Shown here: in pieces, positions 47,948 to 57,090 of the stretch
Layout of the letters: each line of letters opens with the position of its first letter
Numbering within the stretch: position 1 is the stretch's first letter
Source of the DNA: Minisyncoccota bacterium
GTDB taxonomy: Bacteria > Patescibacteriota > Minisyncoccia > Phycocordibacterales > UBA9973
Assembly: GCA_031972685.1 (NCBI GenBank)
Contig: DALYEI010000002.1
Span: 1 to 57,326 of the forward strand
Direction: 5' to 3'
Length of the DNA: 57,326 nucleotides
Translations under genes and position numbers: made by a program
The notes under the pieces: generated by a model
What the model was told of the DNA's origin: nothing
The model's database searches: none
Seen by the model: only the letters and a program-made list of their open reading frames with translations

Positions 47948-47948
47948 T

Positions 47949-49430
47949 ATGAAAAACTTAAGTGATTTACTTAGAAGATCAAATATCACACCGCTTGAGC
48001 GAGTGACTGCACTGGTGCATAACGATATTTACAGAGAAAAGAATGGCAAAGGTGCACTATCTGATTCTGATATCTATGTTTTGACTCAAGCATGGAGTCC
48101 TCGTACCCTCGAAGTAAAGGAATACAACCGATACATAAAGATTGTTCAACTAGAGAATTCTATGAAAATGGATGCTCAGATGTTTTTATATCGGTCAGAG
48201 CTATCACTGTTACGAAACCAGAGAGTGCTTGATAGTTTTCTTTCTGGTACAAGAAGCTTTCAGGGGGTAGCAATGCAACAATTCACAAAAGATATTCCAG
48301 AGGAAGAAAGTATCAAACTGCTTACAGAATCTACTTATTTTGAGTATCAAAAACTGTTACACATATTTACGTTTAATAACCTACCAAAAGAAACACAAGA
48401 AGACTTACTTCTCCTCGACGACACGGTTGCTAGTGATTCCAAATACTTGGAAGACCAGATCTTTCTCTATGAACGATTCAAGGATAGCACCAAACTCAGT
48501 AAGGAGGAGAAAGACTTGATTGTCAGTCGTATCTATTCCTGTATGTACTATGAGGGAGCGAAGAAAATAAGAAATACCATGGCGGAAAAAGGAGGGTTTT
48601 TACTCCATCACTTTTTTGCTGAGCTACCAATAAAAGATGTATTTTTAAAATTAGCTTACGATGCACATATTTCACACGATGCTACCGAAGAAAACATATT
48701 GTCGATGGTGGAAGAATATGCAAAAAATAAAAACATGAGTATTGAGTTGTTGGTCAAAGAAACTCTATCTCGTTGGTTAGATGATGGCTTATTCGTAAAT
48801 GAATATTCACCACTTAGTATGAGTGAGCGTTTTGACACATGGAATGGTAATACCAAAAAGAGTCACAAGGATTTGTTCATGGCTTGGTATACAGAACTGC
48901 AAAAGTCCAAAAAGTATTTTCAAAAGCTATTTGATACCGGCAAGTTGGTAAAACAAAATCTTGAAAAAGATTTCTTGGGAATGCCGAGAGTGGTAGAGAT
49001 AATAACTGGGACTAATTTATATACCTGTAAAGAAGAGGTTAATTTTGTGCAGGAGTATAAAGAACAGATTGAAATACTTTTACCGCTTGCAAATATGTTT
49101 CTTTTTACAAAGAAGCACGCAAGTCCAGTTAAGAGCTATAAGACACTCTGCGAATTTAAAAATCTGGCTCAAAAACCATCGACTATATTTGATATTGATA
49201 TGACCGAGAAGTATAGTGAGTTTTTTGAACTATACAAAGAAGAAGTTGATCTACTAAATCATAGTCTTAGTAAACTAATAGATACCGCAATAGAGCATCT
49301 ATACACCGAGAAATCATTGCTCTATGTTCTCGATATTATCGAGGCTAACTTTACATTTAATCTTGATGCCGACGACAGCGTAGCTGAAATAACAGAATTA
49401 TATTCTGCTGAGTTTAAAAAACTATTGTAA
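47949..49430 (+). CDS. hypothetical protein (493 aa), no family recognised
   Basis: Long ORF that looks helical. No NTPase or nuclease motif recognised. Confidence 0.5.
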   Translation: MKNLSDLLRRSNITPLERVTALVHNDIYREKNGKGALSDSDIYVLTQAWSPRTLEVKEYNRYIKIVQLENSMKMDAQMFLYRSELSLLRNQRVLDSFLSGTRSFQGVAMQQFTKDIPEEESIKLLTESTYFEYQKLLHIFTFNNLPKETQEDLLLLDDTVASDSKYLEDQIFLYERFKDSTKLSKEEKDLIVSRIYSCMYYEGAKKIRNTMAEKGGFLLHHFFAELPIKDVFLKLAYDAHISHDATEENILSMVEEYAKNKNMSIELLVKETLSRWLDDGLFVNEYSPLSMSERFDTWNGNTKKSHKDLFMAWYTELQKSKKYFQKLFDTGKLVKQNLEKDFLGMPRVVEIITGTNLYTCKEEVNFVQEYKEQIEILLPLANMFLFTKKHASPVKSYKTLCEFKNLAQKPSTIFDIDMTEKYSEFFELYKEEVDLLNHSLSKLIDTAIEHLYTEKSLLYVLDIIEANFTFNLDADDSVAEITELYSAEFKKLL

Positions 49431-49442
49431 TTTCAGAATCAA

Positions 49443-49904
49443 TTAGTGATTATCCCTCAACTCGTCGAGCTTCTTCTTGACCTCATACGGATGAGCTATG
49501 TGGCTCAGGACGATTTCTTCTTTACTTGTTCCTGCGGTGTTAATAAATAACTGCCCGCTTTTTGTGAATGTCTTGTCTAAAAATGATTCACGGACGGTAA
49601 CATCAGTGATCTGCTTGTAGTCAACGCTGACTAAGTTTGTTGAGAAAAATCCACGATGGATCAATACTCGCTTGTCGGTAAATCCGTATATGTTTGCCTT
49701 AGGCAAGTAAAACTTCAGATACAAGAATGCGATGAGGAATATGAAAATTCCTACGACGGCAAACACGAACGGCAAACTGATGATCGCCCAGATGATAATG
49801 TATGTATTAATATACTGCTTTCCGACTGAGAACTCGTACTTAACTTCTTCATGTGCACTGAGGACTTTGCCCCAAACTTCTTCACTATGTGATTTTTTAT
49901 CCAT
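49443..49904 (-). CDS. membrane protein with bacterial PH domain (bPH_2 / YdbS-like)
   Basis: Two TM helices (IIIWAIISLPFVFAVVGIFIFLIAFLYL) followed by FTDKRVLIHRGFFSTNLVSVDYKQITDVTV, typical of bPH_2. Confidence 0.7.
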   Translation of the reverse strand: MDKKSHSEEVWGKVLSAHEEVKYEFSVGKQYINTYIIIWAIISLPFVFAVVGIFIFLIAFLYLKFYLPKANIYGFTDKRVLIHRGFFSTNLVSVDYKQITDVTVRESFLDKTFTKSGQLFINTAGTSKEEIVLSHIAHPYEVKKKLDELRDNH

Positions 49905-50110
49905 AAAACTTTGGACGGTTTAATTATTATGGTGGCTGTTTAGGTAGCAAAAAGCTCCTAGCCAGATCCGATATACCCCGTGAGGTATACCCATACCCGT
50001 TTCCAGATATGACCGTCCAAAGTAGACTCTGACTAGGAGTTCTTTACTTTGGACGGATTTGGCGACCATATCCTCAATAAATTGAGGGGTTAGGTCTGTT
50101 ATTAAATTGT
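49905..50110 (-). promoter_or_regulatory. about 200-nt structured leader / candidate cis-regulatory RNA upstream of the bPH gene
   Basis: 12-bp perfect hairpin (50013-50024 / 50045-50056). Its loop (50029-50039) can pair over 11 bp with 49955-49965. Closing helix 49928-49936 / 50062-50070. A third copy of ACTTTGGACGG lies at 49908-49918, next to the start codon. Confidence 0.45.
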
Positions 50111-50116
50111 AAACGA

Positions 50117-50125
50117 ATTATACCA
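50117..50125 (-). promoter_or_regulatory. extended -10 element TGgTATAAT on the minus strand
   Basis: Plus-strand attatacca is the reverse complement of TGGTATAAT. No terminator is visible between the DUF2779 stop and this element. Confidence 0.45.
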
Positions 50126-50189
50126 TTTTCAAGGGTATTTTTGTACTTTAGCTTAGATCGAGTTTATTGTGTAGTGAAGTTACCAACAG

Positions 50190-51689
50190 CTAGATTTTTT
50201 CATAAAGATGCTTCCAAATTGCGTACATAGCATAAGTATCTAGACCACAATAAATTTTAAGATTTTTAGAAATATCCTCAAGTTCTTCCTTGCTTGTGCC
50301 TGGTGCGACCATGAACCACCACTGTTCCGAGGCTTGACCACCCTCATGGATAACTAAGTCACCATAGTTTAAGTCAGGGATCAAGGCTGGCAATACTTTT
50401 TTGATTGAGGCACTTCCTTGAAAATCTGGATGGACATAATACTGCTTTGAAAAAATATCCTTCAGATCATACATTTGATTATTTATACGCTCCATCGCTT
50501 CTCGATGTTCAGGAAGACGCTCTGCGATATCAGAATTGACTCCTTTCTCAAATGACTTATTCCACGAAATAACTGTACCTTTTGGTTCGATATGCTTAGT
50601 TAAAAGTTGCGCGACCAATTCTGAAGGATCGGTACGTTTAGGATGAAGAAAATCAACATGCTCAACTTCGCCATTTGGTTCACGTAAAATGTGAAGTGAA
50701 AATTGAAACGGTATCCGTTTATAAGGACTATAATTAACGAACTGCGGAATCGCTGGAGCATACGTTTCGTAATCCAAGAAATATAGAGGAAATTCCAAGC
50801 CACTAAGTTGAGTTCTAATCTCACTCAAATCAATAGTTGGGGCCTTGGTTCTATGAGCTTGTAGTTGGTTGGTCTGAATGGGAGATAGCTCATAATCGGT
50901 AGGGATATCATCAAGATTGTAGATACTATTGTCGACAAAAAATTCCATTTTCTTTTTACTGCTTCCAATACGTGAAAGATCATGGACTGAATATTCTGGT
51001 ACTTCGGGATGGGAGTACTGAAACGTAGCGCAATGTCTGCTTCGCCCTAGGTAATGACAATCACAACCACTCGCAGGTTCTGTTTCTTGATTAAGGAACT
51101 CACGTGAGCCTTCCATTAAAATACTCATTTCATCGAATCTTTGAGCCACGGTTTCAGTAAGATCTTCAATTGTAAATAATTGACGAATATCAAGATCGCT
51201 AGTTCGTACGTATTCTTTATTCAAATGAATTAAAAACGAACGTCCCAGATTCACGCCCGCACGCTTTAAGACTATTGCTTGAAATGTGAGATCTTCAACA
51301 TGGCTTCTCTCGTCTGAACCCTCTTTAAGAGAATTTGTTCCTTTGATTTCGTAAAGATCCCAGCAATCATTTTCGGGTTCATAAACCAAAACGTCATTTC
51401 GAGCAATAAAGCCATCAACAATAAATGTAGCTTGAAAAATGGCAGGGGTTTTTGCCTCCATTAACTTTCTTGTTTCAAGACATGCATTTTCACCTTTACT
51501 TATAACTTCAACGCCATCAGGAAAAAGACCGCGAGCACACAACTCTACTTCGTTACCTTGTTCGATAAGTTGCTTTTCAAATTCGGAAAGTTCGAAATTC
51601 TCCAGAAGCTCAGGTTTGTGTAGTTTCAGCCAAGTATTTTTAGCACAGTTACGTGAGTCGATAAATATTGTTTTTGATATAAGAGGCAT
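50190..51689 (-). CDS. DUF2779-type protein: Cas4-like PD-(D/E)xK nuclease plus DEDD-like exonuclease
   Basis: N-terminal half has Cys at RNCAKN, D...ExK (ARNDVLVY ... DLYEIKG) and the Cys cluster CDCHYLGRSRHC. C-terminal half has FLDYETYAP (DxE) and CGLDTYAMYAIW. Confidence 0.7.
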   Translation of the reverse strand: MPLISKTIFIDSRNCAKNTWLKLHKPELLENFELSEFEKQLIEQGNEVELCARGLFPDGVEVISKGENACLETRKLMEAKTPAIFQATFIVDGFIARNDVLVYEPENDCWDLYEIKGTNSLKEGSDERSHVEDLTFQAIVLKRAGVNLGRSFLIHLNKEYVRTSDLDIRQLFTIEDLTETVAQRFDEMSILMEGSREFLNQETEPASGCDCHYLGRSRHCATFQYSHPEVPEYSVHDLSRIGSSKKKMEFFVDNSIYNLDDIPTDYELSPIQTNQLQAHRTKAPTIDLSEIRTQLSGLEFPLYFLDYETYAPAIPQFVNYSPYKRIPFQFSLHILREPNGEVEHVDFLHPKRTDPSELVAQLLTKHIEPKGTVISWNKSFEKGVNSDIAERLPEHREAMERINNQMYDLKDIFSKQYYVHPDFQGSASIKKVLPALIPDLNYGDLVIHEGGQASEQWWFMVAPGTSKEELEDISKNLKIYCGLDTYAMYAIWKHLYEKI

Positions 51690-51703
51690 ATTCTCTGAGA
51701 GGT

Positions 51704-54700
51704 TTATGAGATTGTTTTAATAATATCCTCGATTATTGCTTCTTTGTGTGAAATCCAATGTTGAGACCAAACACGATATATATCCCAACCAAGTCTTCTA
51801 AGAATATCTTCTCTCAAACGATCGTTTACACGAGCAGAGTATGAAGAGTGATACGATGCACCATCACACTCGATTCCAAGAATATAGTCAGTTCCAGTCT
51901 TAGGATTTATGATTGCCAAGTCGATTTTAAAACCTGATACACCAATTTGTTTTCTAACTTCGTACCCACGTTCCTCAAGTGCTCGTTTAACCTCCAGTTC
52001 AAATGGACTATCAGCTTCAACGTCCTCTCCTGCAACAACAAGACGGCTACCGTCGAGAGTCTTAACCCCATTTTCAGCATAATCTAAATATTTCTGTAAC
52101 ATTTTTGCACCTCGTGAAGTTTCTCCGGCTTTCATCTCGGTCGATTTAAAAGAAGATACGCAAATCAATTTTTCTTTCGCACGAGTTACTGCTACGTTCA
52201 AACGTCTGTAGCCAGTGACGCTATTGATAGGACCAAAACGATTAAAGAAGTTACCATTTTTATCTTTACCATACCCAATAGAGAGTACGATAATGTCGCG
52301 CTCATCTCCTTGTACAGATTCAAGATTCTTAATGAAGAACGCATCGCTACCGTCTTGATCTTCGTTTAATTTTTCCTGAAGTTCAGGATGTGTTTTAAGA
52401 AACTCGATCATCGCGTCTCTGATACCCACTTCTTGAGATTTACTGAATGCGATCACACCAATGGACTTGTCTGGATAGTCGGTCGCAGACTGAGCACACA
52501 TTTCAACGACGCGTTTTGCTTCGATATCGTTACGACGTGTTCCCGCATGACCTTCCTTTTTGATTCCGCCATCGAATATACCGTCCTCAACATACTCAAA
52601 CTGAACCCCGCGACTTGAATGATCTGGATTGGGGAAAGTAATAAGGCGATCCTTGTAGACTTCACAGTTTGAGAACGCAATAAGATCTTCATACTTACTG
52701 CGGTAGTGATATAAGAGAGAATCGCTTGATTCAGGAAGAACGGTTCGTGCGGCATGAAGAATGCTTTCATAATCTTGTTCTTCGACCTCTTCAGAATCGT
52801 CATCTGAATCTGAGGCTACGTCAAAGAAAGATGTTGGGGGAAGCTGGTGTTCATCACCGAAAATAATGACTTGTTTTCCCCGAGCAATTGCACCCAGAGC
52901 GTGTTCAACACGCATCTGTGATGCTTCATCGAAAATAACCGTGTCAAAATCAAGTGAGCCATATGGAATATATGAACTCAATGTCAAAGGACTCATCATC
53001 CAGCAAGGCTTGTATTGCTGGATATGAGAAGTACATTTCATAACAACCTGTCGAACGGGTTTGTGTTGCTTCTGGAGTTGGCTTTGGTGAAGCAAAAAGC
53101 GTTCAAGCTCGCCACGACGCTCTTTTACTTTTTTAATCTCAGGAGCAATTCTTTGGAGTATTCGTTTCGCATTAACATCAAGTACACGCTTCTCAAGCTT
53201 GCGGAACTCCTCGATAGTTTTCTTGTGTTCACTTACATTAAAATCTCGTAGATCAGGATCGCTACGATAATAATTTTCAAGCCACGAATTCCAAAGTGAT
53301 TCAGCAAACAAAGCTGCTGGATTTTTTATATCGCTACCCTTAACTGATTCCAAGAACCAAGAGTAACCTAGATCTTTCATCTGGTGCGAATAACGACGAT
53401 ATTCCATCCATGCTTCAAGGCCTTCTTGGTCTTGGATCATTCCCGATAACTTTTCCTGAAATGCCTCAATTTTTAGAGGTTCAAGAATTGCTAAGCTTTG
53501 TTCATTCTCAAACAGCTTATTTAAAGCCGAAGCGTGCTTTTCGTAATTTGTAAGTGCTGACTTCCATTTATCAAGTTTTGCTTTTGCTTCTGTGGTTAAT
53601 TGTATCGAATCACTGAGTGAAATATCACTTTGATAATTAGACAATTTTGATATATGCCAGAGCAGATCCTCAAGTTCAAGCATATTCTTCTCTAAGGACT
53701 TACGTTTATCTATAAGTGAGGCGGGGTTTTCCTCTTCTGTGAATAAGCTGAAAATATCTGGATCAATCTTATCTAAACATACCTTGAGTTGGTTAAGATT
53801 CTGGACATCTTTCTTGAGAGAACCAAAAGTTCGAGAAGAATCATTCTTTATTAAGAAATTTTCCACAATCTCTTCGAGAGAAATTATGTTCTGAGCATTC
53901 TCTGTCAGCTCTCCAAGTTTAGAAGCAACATTTGCAATTGAGACACGATCAAGATCAGAAAATACACTGAATATGCTCCAAGGACCACTGAGTACTGCCT
54001 CCAAATCTTTTAATGAATCGCTAAAAGCTTTCGTTGCACGAGGACTACTGTTTTTCTCGACAACCTGCTTTAGATGGCTAGGGAGTTCGCTCTTATTTTC
54101 TTGACGCATCCATTCGCTGAGATTCTTTGCGCTACCTGAAAGAATTGGAATTTCGTGTACCGTTATTGATTTACCTGAAACAATGTACTTCTCGTTAAAT
54201 TGAGCAAGAAGAATACCTAATTTTTCTTCAAGGTTTTGGCTGTCGCGTACAGCAGAAACAACTTGATTAATATCTACATACTTTTTCGGTGTATTTAGGT
54301 TGCACCAATCTGAAACTATCGCTTTAGTTGCCCTATAATCACGGGAGAAAAAATGTAGGTATTTATGATACCTCTTATTAAATTCAGTAAATACTTTTTC
54401 GACATCTTCTCTATTTAAGTTTTCACGAATAATTGCCCATTTTTCAAATACCGCATTTGCTTCTTCAAGTTTACGATAAATGGCTTGTAATGTTGTAAGT
54501 GATCCAAGAGAAGCCTGTAATGATGATGCTTCGCTCCAATCCTTTATTCCAATAATAAGTGGATCGAGAATTAAAATATTTCGATAATGAATTAATTCAG
54601 CAATAGGTAAATTCAAGAGATCGTCGTTCTTGCAAGCCTCTACATTTGAATATAAGGAAGACAGGATCGCTTCAATTTTAGATGCAGCATCGAGTGCAGT

Positions 54701-56605
54701 GCGAATCTCTTTAATTTCACGCTCGTCATTTACGGACTGGACATCTAGCTTACTCAAAGACCATAAAGTAGGCACTTTATAGATATCCCCGAAACTCTCG
54801 GTAAGTTTTTGATAGGCAGAAATAACTTCAACCGTTTGTTTTAAAATCTGAATTCCAGCATTAAGAATGACTTCATCTCGTAGTGGTATTGGTAATAAGC
54901 TAGTTTCAAACTGTGCCAATTTTTCAACAGTCTCCATATTCTTTTGCAGACTTTGAATTGTATCCAAGCCTATTGATTCGGGTTGTAGAGAATTAAGTTC
55001 GGCAATCGCAGAATGAGCATCCTCAAGTACGACTCGAACTCTACTCGCGAAGTCAGGAGAGAAATTTTCTTTTTGTATTTGACTCCATGCTGAAAATTTG
55101 GAATCAGAAATCTTGTGGAGGACTGGAGAAACAGCTTCCAAAATCGTAAGAATTTTCCGATACGTGTCTTCAGTAATAACTAATGGATTACTTTCTCCCC
55201 ATGGTATTGCCCGATCAGAGTTAAGTGCTTGTGCTCTAGCAAGCTCTCCGTGAACCCATTGAACTGATCGCTTGAGTGGTTCAACAACAGTAGCCAGTGA
55301 ACATGCGTAATTCCATAGTTTTGTATGGACACCTTCACGCAATTCAAGAGCCGTATCATCACTAGAGCTACTATGTCCATAGGCTTCGATCAGAAAGTCT
55401 CTATCGTTTATAACAGATTTCGCGAATGTTTTTTTATCAGCGTTCTGATAAAAAAGTGGCAGACAAAGCTTGTCGAGTCCTTTATCTTTGAGACGTTTAA
55501 AAACAACTTCAAGGGCAACCTGTTTTTCACAGACAACGAGTACTTTTTTGCCACGAGCAAGTAAGTTAGAAACAAGGTTAACGATGGTCTGACTTTTTCC
55601 TGTTCCAGGAGGACCTTGAACAACAAGACTGTTACCTTGAACAGCTTTCTGAATAACTCGCATCTGGCTTACATCGGCATCTAGAACAGTGAAGTCTTCT
55701 TCAACAGCCAAAAGATCATCGGGTTGTGAGTCTGACGGTAAACCTTCTTGAATGATAGAACCTTTGCCGATAAGACCATCAACAAATTCATGTTCACAAA
55801 TTGCTTCTTCATTATTTCTTAGGTCTTCGTATATTTGTTGACCATAAAAAGAGTACTGACCGATACGAATATCGTCAGTGATATCATTTTTAATTTTAGA
55901 TTCTGCAAATGATTTTTTTAATATTTTGACAAGGGAGTCGAATGTTCCAGAGAGACTGGTGATTTCTTCAAGTGAGGGTATCCCAGAAATCTGAACCCCG
56001 TATTCCAATTCAGAGAGTAAAAGTAGTACAGGATTAACAACAATATCATTCGCTTCTAAATACGTTCTGATTATTGTTTTCTTTGGCGTAGATTTTGTTT
56101 CTTCAACTGAAACAGGAATAAGAAGAAGTGGGGCATCGTAGTCATAGTCTTTTTCTTCTAGTGCTCCTTCTGAGCCACGACCATTTCCTGGTTCTTTCCA
56201 ACGTACACGACCAATCGTGAGGTATAGGGTATGGAGTCCATGTTCTTCAAATTTCTTTTTACTATCAAGCCTCAAAGCTTGAAGCATTGTTATAAGCTTT
56301 TTACCTTGAACGTCTGTAGGCGGAATAGATGAATCCTTTTCAGCATCCTCTACCACTTCTTCCTCTTCGCGAAGAATTGCTTTATGCGGAAACTCAATCT
56401 CTATTTCTTCAGCAGAACCGAAACTCTCTTCAAAATCAGAGATGTTCATTTTAAAAGAAATAGCCCGAGCTTTTGCGGGGTATTTCAAGAGACGGTTTCG
56501 TCGAGTAAGATCAACAATCTTTTTTTCGTACTCTCTCAAAACTTTTATATTTGGATTCAAAACTTCGGCAGAAGTTTCATTTGGACGGTTTTTTACTGTA
56601 GTCAT
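51704..56605 (-). CDS. DUF4011-type SF1 (Upf1-like) helicase with C-terminal Vsr/DUF559-like endonuclease
   Basis: N-terminal LTRRNRLLKY; helicase motifs GPPGTGKSQT, VIFDEASQM, GDEHQLPP, QGDERDIIVLS and LNVAVTRAKEKL. The C-terminus IDLAII...GIECDGASYHSS...RLREDILRRLGWDIYRVWS is typical of Vsr-like / DUF559 nucleases. Confidence 0.85.
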   Translation of the reverse strand: MTTVKNRPNETSAEVLNPNIKVLREYEKKIVDLTRRNRLLKYPAKARAISFKMNISDFEESFGSAEEIEIEFPHKAILREEEEVVEDAEKDSSIPPTDVQGKKLITMLQALRLDSKKKFEEHGLHTLYLTIGRVRWKEPGNGRGSEGALEEKDYDYDAPLLLIPVSVEETKSTPKKTIIRTYLEANDIVVNPVLLLLSELEYGVQISGIPSLEEITSLSGTFDSLVKILKKSFAESKIKNDITDDIRIGQYSFYGQQIYEDLRNNEEAICEHEFVDGLIGKGSIIQEGLPSDSQPDDLLAVEEDFTVLDADVSQMRVIQKAVQGNSLVVQGPPGTGKSQTIVNLVSNLLARGKKVLVVCEKQVALEVVFKRLKDKGLDKLCLPLFYQNADKKTFAKSVINDRDFLIEAYGHSSSSDDTALELREGVHTKLWNYACSLATVVEPLKRSVQWVHGELARAQALNSDRAIPWGESNPLVITEDTYRKILTILEAVSPVLHKISDSKFSAWSQIQKENFSPDFASRVRVVLEDAHSAIAELNSLQPESIGLDTIQSLQKNMETVEKLAQFETSLLPIPLRDEVILNAGIQILKQTVEVISAYQKLTESFGDIYKVPTLWSLSKLDVQSVNDEREIKEIRTALDAASKIEAILSSLYSNVEACKNDDLLNLPIAELIHYRNILILDPLIIGIKDWSEASSLQASLGSLTTLQAIYRKLEEANAVFEKWAIIRENLNREDVEKVFTEFNKRYHKYLHFFSRDYRATKAIVSDWCNLNTPKKYVDINQVVSAVRDSQNLEEKLGILLAQFNEKYIVSGKSITVHEIPILSGSAKNLSEWMRQENKSELPSHLKQVVEKNSSPRATKAFSDSLKDLEAVLSGPWSIFSVFSDLDRVSIANVASKLGELTENAQNIISLEEIVENFLIKNDSSRTFGSLKKDVQNLNQLKVCLDKIDPDIFSLFTEEENPASLIDKRKSLEKNMLELEDLLWHISKLSNYQSDISLSDSIQLTTEAKAKLDKWKSALTNYEKHASALNKLFENEQSLAILEPLKIEAFQEKLSGMIQDQEGLEAWMEYRRYSHQMKDLGYSWFLESVKGSDIKNPAALFAESLWNSWLENYYRSDPDLRDFNVSEHKKTIEEFRKLEKRVLDVNAKRILQRIAPEIKKVKERRGELERFLLHQSQLQKQHKPVRQVVMKCTSHIQQYKPCWMMSPLTLSSYIPYGSLDFDTVIFDEASQMRVEHALGAIARGKQVIIFGDEHQLPPTSFFDVASDSDDDSEEVEEQDYESILHAARTVLPESSDSLLYHYRSKYEDLIAFSNCEVYKDRLITFPNPDHSSRGVQFEYVEDGIFDGGIKKEGHAGTRRNDIEAKRVVEMCAQSATDYPDKSIGVIAFSKSQEVGIRDAMIEFLKTHPELQEKLNEDQDGSDAFFIKNLESVQGDERDIIVLSIGYGKDKNGNFFNRFGPINSVTGYRRLNVAVTRAKEKLICVSSFKSTEMKAGETSRGAKMLQKYLDYAENGVKTLDGSRLVVAGEDVEADSPFELEVKRALEERGYEVRKQIGVSGFKIDLAIINPKTGTDYILGIECDGASYHSSYSARVNDRLREDILRRLGWDIYRVWSQHWISHKEAIIEDIIKTIS

Positions 56606-56727
56606 AACTATTTGATTTTACCATTTCTGCACCAGAATTGACAGATAAAAAGACTGAGATATAAGGGCATAGTTGCCAATTGGAGATACCCTAGACTTCT
56701 ACGAAGATCAGCGTCATTCATTAAAAT

Positions 56728-57090
56728 GTGGAAGACATTGAAGCAATAATAGATGCCAGCAAGCATTTCAAATATCACGAACCAAGCGGAAGTACGCCTT
56801 TTAACCGCATCTCTTCTCTTCCTGAATCAAAGAAGCATTTAAAACGAGCCATCAAGGAAAGGATACAATTGTTGGTTGGGGCATACATATCACTGGCATC
56901 ATTTATTGATGACGATCTCGTCGATTTTTTAGAAGAGTGTAATGAGAATTTAGATAAAGAAAAGATAAAAGAAATATCAAAAATATATAAATTAGTTCTA
57001 AAAAATATGGACAAGCTTAGGAAAGAAATGGAGGATTTCGACCCTTTTGAGTTACCAACAGATAGTACTCGGGACGCACTAGACTCCTAG
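56728..57090 (+). CDS. hypothetical acidic protein
   Basis: ORF with a GTG start, divergent from the helicase gene and just upstream of the recombinase. No family recognised. Confidence 0.35.
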   Translation: MEDIEAIIDASKHFKYHEPSGSTPFNRISSLPESKKHLKRAIKERIQLLVGAYISLASFIDDDLVDFLEECNENLDKEKIKEISKIYKLVLKNMDKLRKEMEDFDPFELPTDSTRDALDS

